Shown: one piece after another, positions 16,166-27,087 of the stretch
How the letters are laid out: every line of letters begins with the position of its first letter
Numbering within the stretch: position 1 is the first letter of the stretch
Assembly: GCA_040902395.1 (NCBI GenBank)
Contig: JBBDXH010000044.1
Span: 1 to 33,398, forward strand
Direction of reading: 5' to 3'
Origin: Dehalococcoidia bacterium
GTDB lineage: Bacteria > Chloroflexota > Dehalococcoidia > UBA2979
Length of the DNA stretch: 33,398 nt
Notes under the pieces: generated by a model
Seen by the model: the letters and a program-made list of their open reading frames with translations, nothing else
Databases searched by the model: none
Told to the model about the DNA's origin: nothing
Position numbers and translations under genes: made by a program

Positions 16166-16711
16166 GTGCCCGCACCCCGCGACATCGCCGGCCGCCGCTA
16201 TGCGCTCGCCCTGATCGCGATCGCGCGCGACGACGGCGACTTCGACGCCTGGTCTGACGCCATCGGCGCGCTCGAAGAGCTGACCGCCCGGCGCGCGTTC
16301 GTTGAGACGCTCCAGGCGGATGGCATGACCGACGAGCGCTTCCAGGCGATCGTGCGGCGCGTGCTGCCGTCGATCGGGCAGAAGCAGCTCAACTTCCTGC
16401 GCCTGCTGCGCCAGAAGAATCGCCTCGCGCTCGGTGCGTCGATCGCATCGTTCTTCAGTGAGCTGCTCGACGAGGAGCGCGGCATCCTCCGCGCTGAGGT
16501 CACGAGCGCCACACCGCTCGCGGACGAGCAGCGCCAGCGTCTGCTCGACAAGCTCACGCGCGACACCGGCAAGCAGGTGGCGCTCGTGACGCGCGTCGAC
16601 CCGTCGCTGCTCGGCGGGCTCGTCGTGCGCATCGGCGACCGCATGGTCGACGGATCCACACGGCACAGGCTGCAGAGCCTGCGCACCCAGCTGGAACGCG
16701 CCGCGTTCTAG
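16166..16711 (+). CDS. atpH: F0F1 ATP synthase subunit delta (OSCP)
   Basis: GAGGAG RBS then GTG 16166. AGRRYALALIAIA... N-terminus and C-terminal LLGGLVVRIGDRMVDGSTRHRL motif typical of delta. Confidence 0.9.
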   Translation: MPAPRDIAGRRYALALIAIARDDGDFDAWSDAIGALEELTARRAFVETLQADGMTDERFQAIVRRVLPSIGQKQLNFLRLLRQKNRLALGASIASFFSELLDEERGILRAEVTSATPLADEQRQRLLDKLTRDTGKQVALVTRVDPSLLGGLVVRIGDRMVDGSTRHRLQSLRTQLERAAF

Positions 16712-16737
16712 ACGCGGCATGAGATCGAGGTAGCGCG

Positions 16738-18267
<1,530 letters not shown>

Positions 18268-18278
18268 GCGGCGGGCCC

Positions 18279-18304
18279 GGGTGCGCGTCGCCGGGCGCGC
18301 ACCC
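18279..18304 (+). other. GC-rich hairpin in the atpA-atpG spacer
   Basis: GGGTGCGCG (18279-18287) pairs perfectly with CGCGCACCC (18296-18304) around an 8-nt loop. No U tract follows. It sits in the unusually long (109 nt) intra-operon gap. Confidence 0.4.
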
Positions 18305-18376
18305 TTGACGAACGGACACCTGCCGCCGGCCGCCTCGCGCGGCGTTGGCGGACGAGGGCAGGGAAGCGGAGCGTAG

Positions 18377-19261
18377 ATGCCTGGCGCCGGAGCAGTACGT
18401 GCCATCCGCGACCGCATGCGGTCCGTTTCGAACACCGCGAAGGTCACGCGCGCGATGGAGCTCGTCGCCGCATCCAAGATGCGGCGCGCGCAGGAGCGCG
18501 CGCTCCAGTCCCGGCCGTACGCCGAGCGCATGCGCGCCGTGCTCGCGCAGCTCTCCGGCTACACCGCCGGCGCCGACCCCGACGAGCTGAATCCGCTGCT
18601 CGAGCAGCGGCCGATCAAGCACTTCGCGATCATCCACATCACCGCGGATCGCGGCCTCGCCGGCGGTCTCAACACGAACATGAACCGCGCCTCCGCGTCG
18701 CTCGCGCTGGAGCACCAGCCGAACGTCGAGCGCGTCTCCGTGCTCCCGGTTGGCCGCAAGGGCCGCGACTTCTTCCGGCGGGCCGGCTTTCCGATCGTCG
18801 CGGAGTTCACGAACCTCGGCGACTTCCCTGAGTCGGCAGACGTCTTCCCGATCGCGCGCATCGTGATCGACGACTACGTGAAGGGCGAGCTCGATCACGT
18901 CTTCATTGCGTACCCGCGATACGTGAACGCCGCCGTCCAGCGGCCGACGCTGCGCCAGATCCTGCCTGTGCAGGCGCCCGAAGGGGCCGAGCGGCAGCGC
19001 GTCGACTTCATCTTCGAACCGTCGCCCGCGGAGCTGCTGAACACGCTGCTCCCGCGCTACATCGAGATGCAGATCTATGAGGCCGTGCTCGAGGCACGTG
19101 CCTCCGAGCAGTCCGCGCGCATGGTCGCGATGCGGCAGGCGACGGACGCCGCGATCGAAATGGTGTCCGAGCTGACGCTGACCTACAACAAGGCGCGCCA
19201 GGAGATGATCACAAACGAACTGCTCGACATCGTGGGCGGCACCGCCGCTCTCAACGCGTAA
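18377..19261 (+). CDS. atpG: F0F1 ATP synthase subunit gamma
   Basis: IRDRMRSVSNTAKVTRAMELVAASKMRRAQ N-terminus and C-terminal LTLTYNKARQEMITNELLDIVGG. Confidence 0.97.
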   Translation: MPGAGAVRAIRDRMRSVSNTAKVTRAMELVAASKMRRAQERALQSRPYAERMRAVLAQLSGYTAGADPDELNPLLEQRPIKHFAIIHITADRGLAGGLNTNMNRASASLALEHQPNVERVSVLPVGRKGRDFFRRAGFPIVAEFTNLGDFPESADVFPIARIVIDDYVKGELDHVFIAYPRYVNAAVQRPTLRQILPVQAPEGAERQRVDFIFEPSPAELLNTLLPRYIEMQIYEAVLEARASEQSARMVAMRQATDAAIEMVSELTLTYNKARQEMITNELLDIVGGTAALNA

Positions 19262-20689
<1,428 letters not shown>

Positions 20690-20691
20690 CC

Positions 20692-21135
20692 ATGCCGCTC
20701 TCGCTCTCCATCGTCACGGCCGATCGCACGGTGCTCGAACGGGACGACGTGCAGCGGCTGGTGGTGCCCACGACTGAAGGGCAGATCACGATCCTGCCGA
20801 GCCACGCCGCGCTGATGGCAAGCCTCACCATCGGCGAGATGATTGTGTACGTGCCCGACGGACCCATTCCGCTGGCCATCCACGGCGGCTTCATCCAGGT
20901 CGTCAAGGACGAGGTGAGCGTGCTCGCCGACGGCGCCGAGCGCGCCGAGGAGATCGACGAGGCTCGAGCCGAGGCAGCGCGCGAACGCGCACGCGCCCGC
21001 CTCGAGGGCCGCATGCCGGTCGAGGCGGGAGCGCTCGACCTGCTCCGCGCGCAGCTCGCGCTCCAGCGGGCGCTGATCCGCCTGCGCGTGCACGGCCGTC
21101 GCCGGTCCCCGACCGGCGCGCCGTCGATGCGCTGA
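20692..21135 (+). CDS. atpC: F0F1 ATP synthase subunit epsilon
   Basis: Starts 2 nt after atpD. LSLSIVTADRTVLERDDVQRLVVPTTEGQITILPSHAALM is the canonical epsilon beta-sandwich, followed by a helical C-terminus. Confidence 0.93.
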   Translation: MPLSLSIVTADRTVLERDDVQRLVVPTTEGQITILPSHAALMASLTIGEMIVYVPDGPIPLAIHGGFIQVVKDEVSVLADGAERAEEIDEARAEAARERARARLEGRMPVEAGALDLLRAQLALQRALIRLRVHGRRRSPTGAPSMR

Positions 21136-21281
21136 CAGGTCCCCCGCTCCGGGTATGGCGCCGCCCGACGGCGGCTCTTGCCCTCCCGGTGTCACACTCT
21201 GCCGCCCGTCGCACCGGGACCGGCGCGCCCTGCGGCAGCGGGGTGCGCAGGACCGCGCACTTGACGACGTCTAGCTCTGGC

Positions 21282-21309
21282 GATATCCAAATGATATCAC
21301 TTAGATATC
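21282..21309. promoter_or_regulatory. Three phased GATATC palindromes: candidate operator of the SPFH-Arc operon
   Basis: GATATC at 21282-21287, 21293-21298 and 21304-21309, exactly 11 bp centre-to-centre. This is an AT-rich island in GC-rich DNA, between a TTGACG -35-like hexamer (21261-21266) and the GGAGG RBS (21313-21317). Confidence 0.45.
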
Positions 21310-21325
21310 GGCGGAGGTGCTCGTC

Positions 21326-22234
21326 ATGCATCCGAACGTCATGCCGTCGCACACCACGCACGAGCGCGCGGGCCGGGCGCTCCCGGGTGCGATCGGCCTG
21401 CTCATCGTGCTCGTGCTCGCGGCGATCTCGGCCGCCCTGATCGTGATCGGCGCGCGTGCCGAGACACCGCAGCCGATTGTGGCCGGTGCGCTCGCCGGCG
21501 TCGTCGCGCTCGTGCTGACCGGCGGGTTCGTCGTGATCCAGCCGAACCAGGCCGTGGTGTTGATCATGTTCGGCAGCTACCAGGGGACGCTGCGCAAGCC
21601 CGGATGGTCGTGGACGAACCCGTTCACGGTCGCGGAGCGCCGCAAGCTCTCGCTGCGCGCGCGCAACTTCAACTCGCACACGTCCAAGGTGAACGACGCA
21701 AACGGCAACCCGATCAACATCGCGGCCGTCGTCGTCTGGCAGGTGATCGACACGGCGCGCGCGGTGTTCGACGTTGAGGATTACCGCGACTTCGTCGTGG
21801 TCCAGACCGAGACGGCCGTGCGGCACCTCGCGCGGAACTACCCGTACGACGCGCACGGCGACGATGCTGCCGTGCTCACGCTCACCGGCGACGCGGAGGA
21901 GATCGCGGACACGCTCACCGTCGAGCTCCAGACGCGGCTCGACGCCGCAGGCGTGCGCGTGATCGAGACGCGCATCACGGACCTCGCGTATGCGCCCGAG
22001 ATCGCCGAGGCGATGCTGCGCCGCCAGCAGGCGAGCGCGATCGTCGCTGCGCGCGCCCGCATCGTGGAGGGCGCGGTGGGGATGGTCGAGCTCGCGCTCG
22101 CACAGCTCGAGCGCAACCACGTGGTCGAACTGGACGAGGAGCGGAAGGCGACGATGGTGTCGAACCTGCTGACGGTGCTCACCAGCGACCAGGCGACGAC
22201 CCCGATCGTCAACGTGGGCACGCTCAATCGATAG
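21326..22234 (+). CDS. SPFH/Band 7 domain membrane protein
   Basis: Two N-terminal TM helices, then [21 protein letters not shown]...[29 protein letters not shown]...[22 protein letters not shown], typical of SPFH. ATG 21326 sits 8 nt after GGAGG; GTG 21317 is an alternative. Confidence 0.85.
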   Translation: MHPNVMPSHTTHERAGRALPGAIGLLIVLVLAAISAALIVIGARAETPQPIVAGALAGVVALVLTGGFVVIQPNQAVVLIMFGSYQGTLRKPGWSWTNPFTVAERRKLSLRARNFNSHTSKVNDANGNPINIAAVVVWQVIDTARAVFDVEDYRDFVVVQTETAVRHLARNYPYDAHGDDAAVLTLTGDAEEIADTLTVELQTRLDAAGVRVIETRITDLAYAPEIAEAMLRRQQASAIVAARARIVEGAVGMVELALAQLERNHVVELDEERKATMVSNLLTVLTSDQATTPIVNVGTLNR

Positions 22235-22250
22235 CGAGCGGACGAGCGCC

Positions 22251-22448
22251 GTGGCCGAGCGGAAGCGGTTCCTGCTCCGCATCGACTCGCCACTGTTCGA
22301 TGCGCTCGAGCGGTGGGCGGGCGATGAGCTCCGCAGCGTGAACGCGCAGATCGAGTACGTGCTGGCGGACGCGGTGCGTCGCGCCGGGCGCGCGCCGCGT
22401 CGCCAGATCGGAACGGACGACGGAACGGATGCGTCCACCGATCCCTGA
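22251..22448 (+). CDS. Arc/MetJ-type ribbon-helix-helix DNA-binding protein
   Basis: 65 aa. [42 protein letters not shown] fits the Arc pattern (basic beta-strand, helix, RS-x-N-x-EI helix). Lies 16 nt after the SPFH gene. Confidence 0.7.
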   Translation: MAERKRFLLRIDSPLFDALERWAGDELRSVNAQIEYVLADAVRRAGRAPRRQIGTDDGTDASTDP

Positions 22449-22517
22449 CCGTCCAGCCGCCACATGCGCTGTGCCCTATTCTCGGTGCGGCGCGCGAGCG
22501 ATCGGGGGCGGTGACTG

Positions 22518-23783
22518 ATGTCCAGGCGTCCGGAACGGCTGCGCATCCGCGGCGGCCGCCCACTGCGCGGCGAGGTCACGGTCTCCGGGTCGAAGAATGC
22601 CGCGCTGTACGCCGTCGCCGCCGGGCTGATGACCGCGCATGCGGTCACGATCCACAACGTGCCGGCGATCGCCGACATCGACGAGATGGGTGAGTTGCTG
22701 CGCTCGCTCGGCGCCCGGTTCGAGTGCGAGGACGGCACCGCACGTATCAGCGCCGCCGAGCTGACGGAAACCTCGGCGCCTGCCGAGCTCGTGCTCGCGC
22801 TGCGGGCGTCGTTCCTGGTGATGGGCCCGCTGCTCGGCCGGCTGGGCGAGGCCGCCTGTGCGTCGCCCGGCGGCGACGTCATTGGCGTGCGCCCGCTCGA
22901 TGTGCACCTGGCCGGCTTCCGCGCGCTGGGCGCCGAGGTCGGCCGCCGCGGCGCGGAGTGGGTCGCGCGGTCGGCGCGGCTGGAGGGTGCACGCATCTTC
23001 TTCGACTACCCGAGCGTGCTCGGCACCGTCAACATCCTGTTCGCCGCGGCGCTCGCCCGCGGCCAGAGCGTGATCATCAATGCCGCGGCGGAGCCCGAGG
23101 TCGAGATGGTCGCGAACATGCTGAACACCATGGGTGCCCGCATCCGCGGGCACGGCGGAAACGTCGTCTACGTCGACGGCGTCGAGCGGCTGCACGGCAC
23201 CGAGTTCTCCGTGATCCCGGACCGCCTCGAAGCGGGGACGTTCCTGCTCGCCGCTGCCGCGACCGGGGGCGACGTCCGAGTCACCAACGGCGTTCCGGAG
23301 CACCTCGACAGCCTGACCACGAAGCTCTCCGAGATGGGCATGACCGTCGAACTGGGGACTGACGGCAACGGCATCCGCGCCGCGTGCCGCGGCGGTCTGC
23401 ACGCTGTGCAGGCGCAGGCTGTGCCCTACCCGGGCTTTCCGACCGACCTCCACGCGCCACTGGCTGCCGCACTCACGCAGGCGCAGGGCGTGTCGATCGT
23501 GCACGAGCGCGTCTACGACAACCGCACGCTGTACGTGGGCGAGCTACGGAAGCTCGGCGCGCGCATCACCGTGGGCGGGCAGTCCGTGATCATCGAGGGC
23601 GGAACGCCGCTGGTAGGCGCCGCCGTGCGCGCGCTCGACATCCGCGCCGGTGCGGCGTGCGTCATTGCCGGCCTCGCGGCCGAGGGCGAGACGCAGGTGC
23701 ATGACACGAACCACCTCGATCGCGGGTACGCACATCTGGTCGAACGCCTGACCGCACTCGGCGCGGACGTCGAGCGCGGGTAG
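22518..23783 (+). CDS. murA: UDP-N-acetylglucosamine 1-carboxyvinyltransferase, Asp-type active site
   Basis: [23 protein letters not shown]..., active-site loop [17 protein letters not shown] (Asp120, codon 22875-22877, where E. coli has Cys115), C-terminal [20 protein letters not shown]. Confidence 0.97.
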   Translation: MSRRPERLRIRGGRPLRGEVTVSGSKNAALYAVAAGLMTAHAVTIHNVPAIADIDEMGELLRSLGARFECEDGTARISAAELTETSAPAELVLALRASFLVMGPLLGRLGEAACASPGGDVIGVRPLDVHLAGFRALGAEVGRRGAEWVARSARLEGARIFFDYPSVLGTVNILFAAALARGQSVIINAAAEPEVEMVANMLNTMGARIRGHGGNVVYVDGVERLHGTEFSVIPDRLEAGTFLLAAAATGGDVRVTNGVPEHLDSLTTKLSEMGMTVELGTDGNGIRAACRGGLHAVQAQAVPYPGFPTDLHAPLAAALTQAQGVSIVHERVYDNRTLYVGELRKLGARITVGGQSVIIEGGTPLVGAAVRALDIRAGAACVIAGLAAEGETQVHDTNHLDRGYAHLVERLTALGADVERG

Positions 23784-23802
23784 GACCCGGATCTTTCCCG
23801 GG

Positions 23803-23834
23803 CGCCGCCCGCACTATTCCCGGCGCGGGCGGCG
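23803..23834 (+). terminator. GC-rich hairpin downstream of murA (possible terminator)
   Basis: CGCCGCCCGC (23803-23812) pairs perfectly with GCGGGCGGCG (23825-23834) around a 12-nt loop, 20 nt after the murA stop. It is followed by GTTACAT, not a U tract, so intrinsic-terminator function is uncertain. Confidence 0.35.
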
Positions 23835-23891
23835 GTTACATGGCTCTACGATCGCGCGCGCCACCGGCTGCGCCCCGAGAGGATCGGAGCC

Positions 23892-24425
23892 ATGACGCGC
23901 GCGCTGGAAGCCGTACCGGTCGCCGCCATCGAGGCATCGATCAGGCTGATTCATGGCCAGCGCGTCATATTCGATGCGGACCTGGCGACCCTCTACGGCG
24001 TCGAAACGCGCACGCTCGTGCAGGCAGTCCAGCGCAACCGTGATCGTTTCCCGGACGACTTCATGTTCCGGCTGTCCGACGACGAGTTCGAGGTTTTGAG
24101 ATCACAATCTGTGATCTCAAAACCCCGGGGTGGTTCGGGCGGTCGCCGTTACCCGCCCTATGCGTTCACCGAGCAGGGCGTGGCGATGCTGTCGAGCGTG
24201 CTCCGGAGCGAGCGCGCGGTGCAGGTGAACATCGAGATCATGCGCACGTTCGTGCGGCTCCGGTCGCTCCTTGCGGCGAATGCCGATCTCGCCCGACGGC
24301 TGGACGAGCTGGAGGAGCGCTACGACACGCGCTTCCGAGCGGTGTTCGACGCGATCCGCGAGCTGATGCGCCCACCGGACGCGCCGCGCCGGCCGCTCGG
24401 GTTCCCCGTTCGAGGCGACCCGTGA
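23892..24425 (+). CDS. ORF6N domain protein (KilA-N-like DNA-binding domain), solitary
   Basis: [46 protein letters not shown]...LRSQSVIS...[42 protein letters not shown] is the ORF6N signature. Coiled-coil-like C-terminus. Confidence 0.85.
   Translation: MTRALEAVPVAAIEASIRLIHGQRVIFDADLATLYGVETRTLVQAVQRNRDRFPDDFMFRLSDDEFEVLRSQSVISKPRGGSGGRRYPPYAFTEQGVAMLSSVLRSERAVQVNIEIMRTFVRLRSLLAANADLARRLDELEERYDTRFRAVFDAIRELMRPPDAPRRPLGFPVRGDP
24092..24124. repeat. Perfect 15-bp-arm inverted repeat (3-nt loop) inside the ORF6N CDS
   Basis: GGTTTTGAGATCACA-ATC-TGTGATCTCAAAACC. 13/33 G+C (39%), against roughly 70% by eye for the surrounding window. Encodes [11 protein letters not shown] with rare codons (TTG AGA TCA CAA TCT ... 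TCA AAA). Confidence 0.95.
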
Positions 24426-24543
24426 TCCGCGCAGGCAGCGGTCGCCTCGCCACTGAGGTGGCTCCCTATCCCGCACGTGTGCCGGCAGTACCATCCGCCG
24501 CACGAACGAGCGGCCGGGGCATCGATGGAAGCGAGGAGCGGGC

Positions 24544-25428
24544 ATGCGCGCGCGCAGGTTCGCGTGGTTGGTGACCGTGATCGGACTGGTGATGATCGCG
24601 GCGGTGACCGCCGCGTGCGGCGATGACGAGGAGGACGCCGGCGGAGATGGCGACGCCGCGCCCGCGGCACTTTCCGCGGCCGACGTCGACTGCACGGCGC
24701 TCGCGCTGACCGCGCCCGAGCGCATCGAGACCGCCGGCAAGTTCGTCGTCGCTTCCGACCTCAGTTACGCGCCGATCGACTTCGTCAAGGAAGGCACGAA
24801 CGAGCCGATCGGCCTCGATGCCGACCTCGCGCATTGCATCGCGGAGGCCTGGGGGGTCGACGTCGAGATCCAGAACGTCTCATTCGACGCGATCATTCCC
24901 GCGCTCACGAGCAGCAAGGTCGATGTGATCATGTCGGCGATGACTGACACAGAGGAACGCCGCAAGACCGTCGACTTCGTCGACTACTTCATCGCGGGCT
25001 CCGGCATCCTGGTGCGTTCGGGCAACCCCGAGAGCATCGAAGCGCTCGCGTCGCTCTGCGGGAAGCAGGTGGCGATCCAGGTCGGGACGATCCAGATCGA
25101 CGAGGCCGCCGAGCAGAACGCCAGTTGCGACAAGGCGATCGACATCCAGACGTTCGAGCAGAACACCGACGCCATTCAGGCGGTGGTGTCGGGCCGGGCA
25201 GTCGCGGCGCTCATGGACTTCCCGGTGGCCGCCTACTCGGCTGCGAACGTGACCGGCACCCTTGTCGTTGGCGAGCAGTTCAACACCGCGCCGTACGGCT
25301 TCGCCGTCCGCCAGGACGACAAGCCCATGAGCGAAGGGCTCGCCGCGGCGATCGACGCGATGCGCGCCGGCGGCCAGTACGACGCGATTCTCGAGTACTG
25401 GTCCCTGGAGGCCGGGCGGCTGCCCTAG
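24544..25428 (+). CDS. Polar amino-acid ABC transporter substrate-binding lipoprotein (family 3 SBP)
   Basis: Signal peptide with AAVTAAC lipobox. FVVASDLSYAPIDF..., GLDADLAHCIAEAWG..., FDAIIPALTSSKVDVIMSAMTDTEER, PYGFAVRQDD. Confidence 0.9.
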   Translation: MRARRFAWLVTVIGLVMIAAVTAACGDDEEDAGGDGDAAPAALSAADVDCTALALTAPERIETAGKFVVASDLSYAPIDFVKEGTNEPIGLDADLAHCIAEAWGVDVEIQNVSFDAIIPALTSSKVDVIMSAMTDTEERRKTVDFVDYFIAGSGILVRSGNPESIEALASLCGKQVAIQVGTIQIDEAAEQNASCDKAIDIQTFEQNTDAIQAVVSGRAVAALMDFPVAAYSAANVTGTLVVGEQFNTAPYGFAVRQDDKPMSEGLAAAIDAMRAGGQYDAILEYWSLEAGRLP

Positions 25429-25431
25429 CGC

Positions 25432-26208
25432 GTGCTGCTCGCAGGGACGCTGGACTGGGGGGTCATCGGGAACAACCTGTTCTCGGACCTCGTGTTGCGC
25501 GGCGTGCGCCTGACGATCGTGCTGACGGTCCTGAGCATGTCGATCGGCGCCGTGCTCGGCACGGCGTTCGCGCTGCTACGAGGGTCGCGCTTCAGTGCGC
25601 TGCGCGCCGCGTCGATTGGCTATATCTGGCTCTTTCGCGGCACGCCGCTGCTCGTTCAGATCGTGTTCTGGTACTTCGCGCTCCCGCAGTTGTGGCCGGG
25701 CTGGGCGCCGTGGAACGGACAGCTCAGCTCGTTCCAGGCAGGGCTGGTGGCGCTCTCGGTGAACCAGGGCGCGTACATGACGGAGATCATGCGCGCCGGG
25801 CTGCTCAGCGTTGACCCCGGGCAGGCGGAAGCGGCCAGGAGCCTCGGCATGACCGCGCCGCTGACGATGCGTCGCATCGTGCTGCCACAGGCCATGCGCG
25901 TGGTGATCCCGCCGGTGGGCAACGAGTTCATCGCCATGCTCAAGAACTCGTCGCTCGTGTCCGTGATCAGCGTGAGTGAGCTGTTCCTCGTCGCGAAGCT
26001 GCAGTACTCGTCGACGCTCCGCTACCTCGAGTGGCTGATCATCGTCTCCATCTGGTACCTCGCGCTGACCACGCTCGCGAGCGTGGGGCAGGCCTGGCTC
26101 GAGCAGCGCTTCAGCCGCGGCCGCGGCCGCGGCGAGCGGAGCGCCGGGATCGGCGAGCGCATGGCGCGCGCGCTCGGGCGTCTCGGGCGCCGGGAGATCG
26201 GCGCATGA
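25432..26208 (+). CDS. Amino-acid ABC transporter permease (His/Glu/Gln/Arg/opine family)
   Basis: LFRGTPLLVQIVFWYFALP, AYMTEIMRAGLLSVDPGQAEAARSLGM (EAA loop), VIPPVGNEFIAMLKNSSLVSVISV. Confidence 0.92.
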   Translation: MLLAGTLDWGVIGNNLFSDLVLRGVRLTIVLTVLSMSIGAVLGTAFALLRGSRFSALRAASIGYIWLFRGTPLLVQIVFWYFALPQLWPGWAPWNGQLSSFQAGLVALSVNQGAYMTEIMRAGLLSVDPGQAEAARSLGMTAPLTMRRIVLPQAMRVVIPPVGNEFIAMLKNSSLVSVISVSELFLVAKLQYSSTLRYLEWLIIVSIWYLALTTLASVGQAWLEQRFSRGRGRGERSAGIGERMARALGRLGRREIGA

Positions 26209-26981
26209 CGGGTCATGCGCTGCTCGAGGTCGTCGACGTGCACAAGCGCTTCGGTACGGTCGAGGTGCTCAAGGGCATCTCGCTCACCGTCGAACGGGGC
26301 GAGGTGGTCGCGGTGCTCGGCCCGTCCGGGTCCGGGAAGTCCACGCTCCTGCGCTGCATCAACCACCTCGAGACGATCGAGGCCGGCCGGATCCTGTTCG
26401 ACGGACGCATGGTCGGCTACCGCGAGATCAACGGTCGGCTGCGGCCGGAGAGCGACCGGCGGACCGCCCGCGTGCGGCGCGAGATCGGGATGGTGTTCCA
26501 GCGCTTCAATCTCTTCCCGCACCTGACCGCGCTCGGCAACGTGACCGAGGCGCCGGTGCACGTGCTTGGCCTCTCACGCGCGGAGGCGCGCGAGCGCGGC
26601 ACCCGTCTGCTCGTGCGCGTCGGCCTGGGCGAGCGGCTGGACGCATACCCGTCTGAGCTGTCCGGCGGACAGCAGCAGCGCGTCGCGATCGCGCGCGCGC
26701 TCGCCATGCAGCCGAAGTTGATGCTCTTCGACGAAGCCACGAGCGCGCTCGACCCCGAGCTCGTGGGTGAGGTGCTCGCGGTCATGCGCGATCTGGCGGC
26801 GGAGGGCATGACGATGGTGGTCGTCACGCACGAGCTCGAGTTCGCGCGCGACGCCGCGCGGCGGATCGCGTTCATCGACGACGGGGTGGTCGTCGAAGAG
26901 GGCGCCCCGGCCGAATTCTTCGCCGCGCCGCGCACGGAACGCGCTCGCACGTTCCTCGCGCGCCTGCTCGCCCGCGGCTGA
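26205..26981 (+). CDS. Amino-acid ABC transporter ATP-binding protein
   Basis: ATG 26205 overlaps the permease stop (ATGA). GPSGSGKSTLLRCIN (Walker A), LSGGQQQRVAIARAL (signature), LMLFDEATSALDPE (Walker B), VVVTHE (H-loop). Confidence 0.95.
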   Translation: MTGHALLEVVDVHKRFGTVEVLKGISLTVERGEVVAVLGPSGSGKSTLLRCINHLETIEAGRILFDGRMVGYREINGRLRPESDRRTARVRREIGMVFQRFNLFPHLTALGNVTEAPVHVLGLSRAEARERGTRLLVRVGLGERLDAYPSELSGGQQQRVAIARALAMQPKLMLFDEATSALDPELVGEVLAVMRDLAAEGMTMVVVTHELEFARDAARRIAFIDDGVVVEEGAPAEFFAAPRTERARTFLARLLARG

Positions 26982-27008
26982 CGGCTCGCGGCGCTCACGC
27001 GCCGATGC

Positions 27009-27037
27009 ATGACCTTTGCGTGAGGTGCCGGTAGAAT
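27009..27037 (+). promoter_or_regulatory. Candidate promoter of the MFS transporter gene
   Basis: ATGACC (27009-27014), 17-nt spacer, TAGAAT (27032-27037), a strong -10 in a GC-rich context. Confidence 0.35.
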
Positions 27038-27087
27038 CCGGTCGACGCGCCACCGCGCGAGCGATTAGCCAGGACGGTGATCCAAGC

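Noticed and set aside
18305-18310. TTGACG immediately after the atpA-atpG hairpin as an internal -35
   Set aside because: No acceptable -10 hexamer lies 16-19 nt downstream; the sequence there is GC-only.
21160-21175. Short hairpins after atpC (GCCGCC-CGAC-GGCGGC) and between the FGE-like and VanZ genes (31389-31405, GCCGCC-GGTCG-GGCGGC) as intrinsic terminators
   Set aside because: They have only 6-bp stems and no U tracts. Such GC hairpins arise by chance in this composition, so they are not reported as features.
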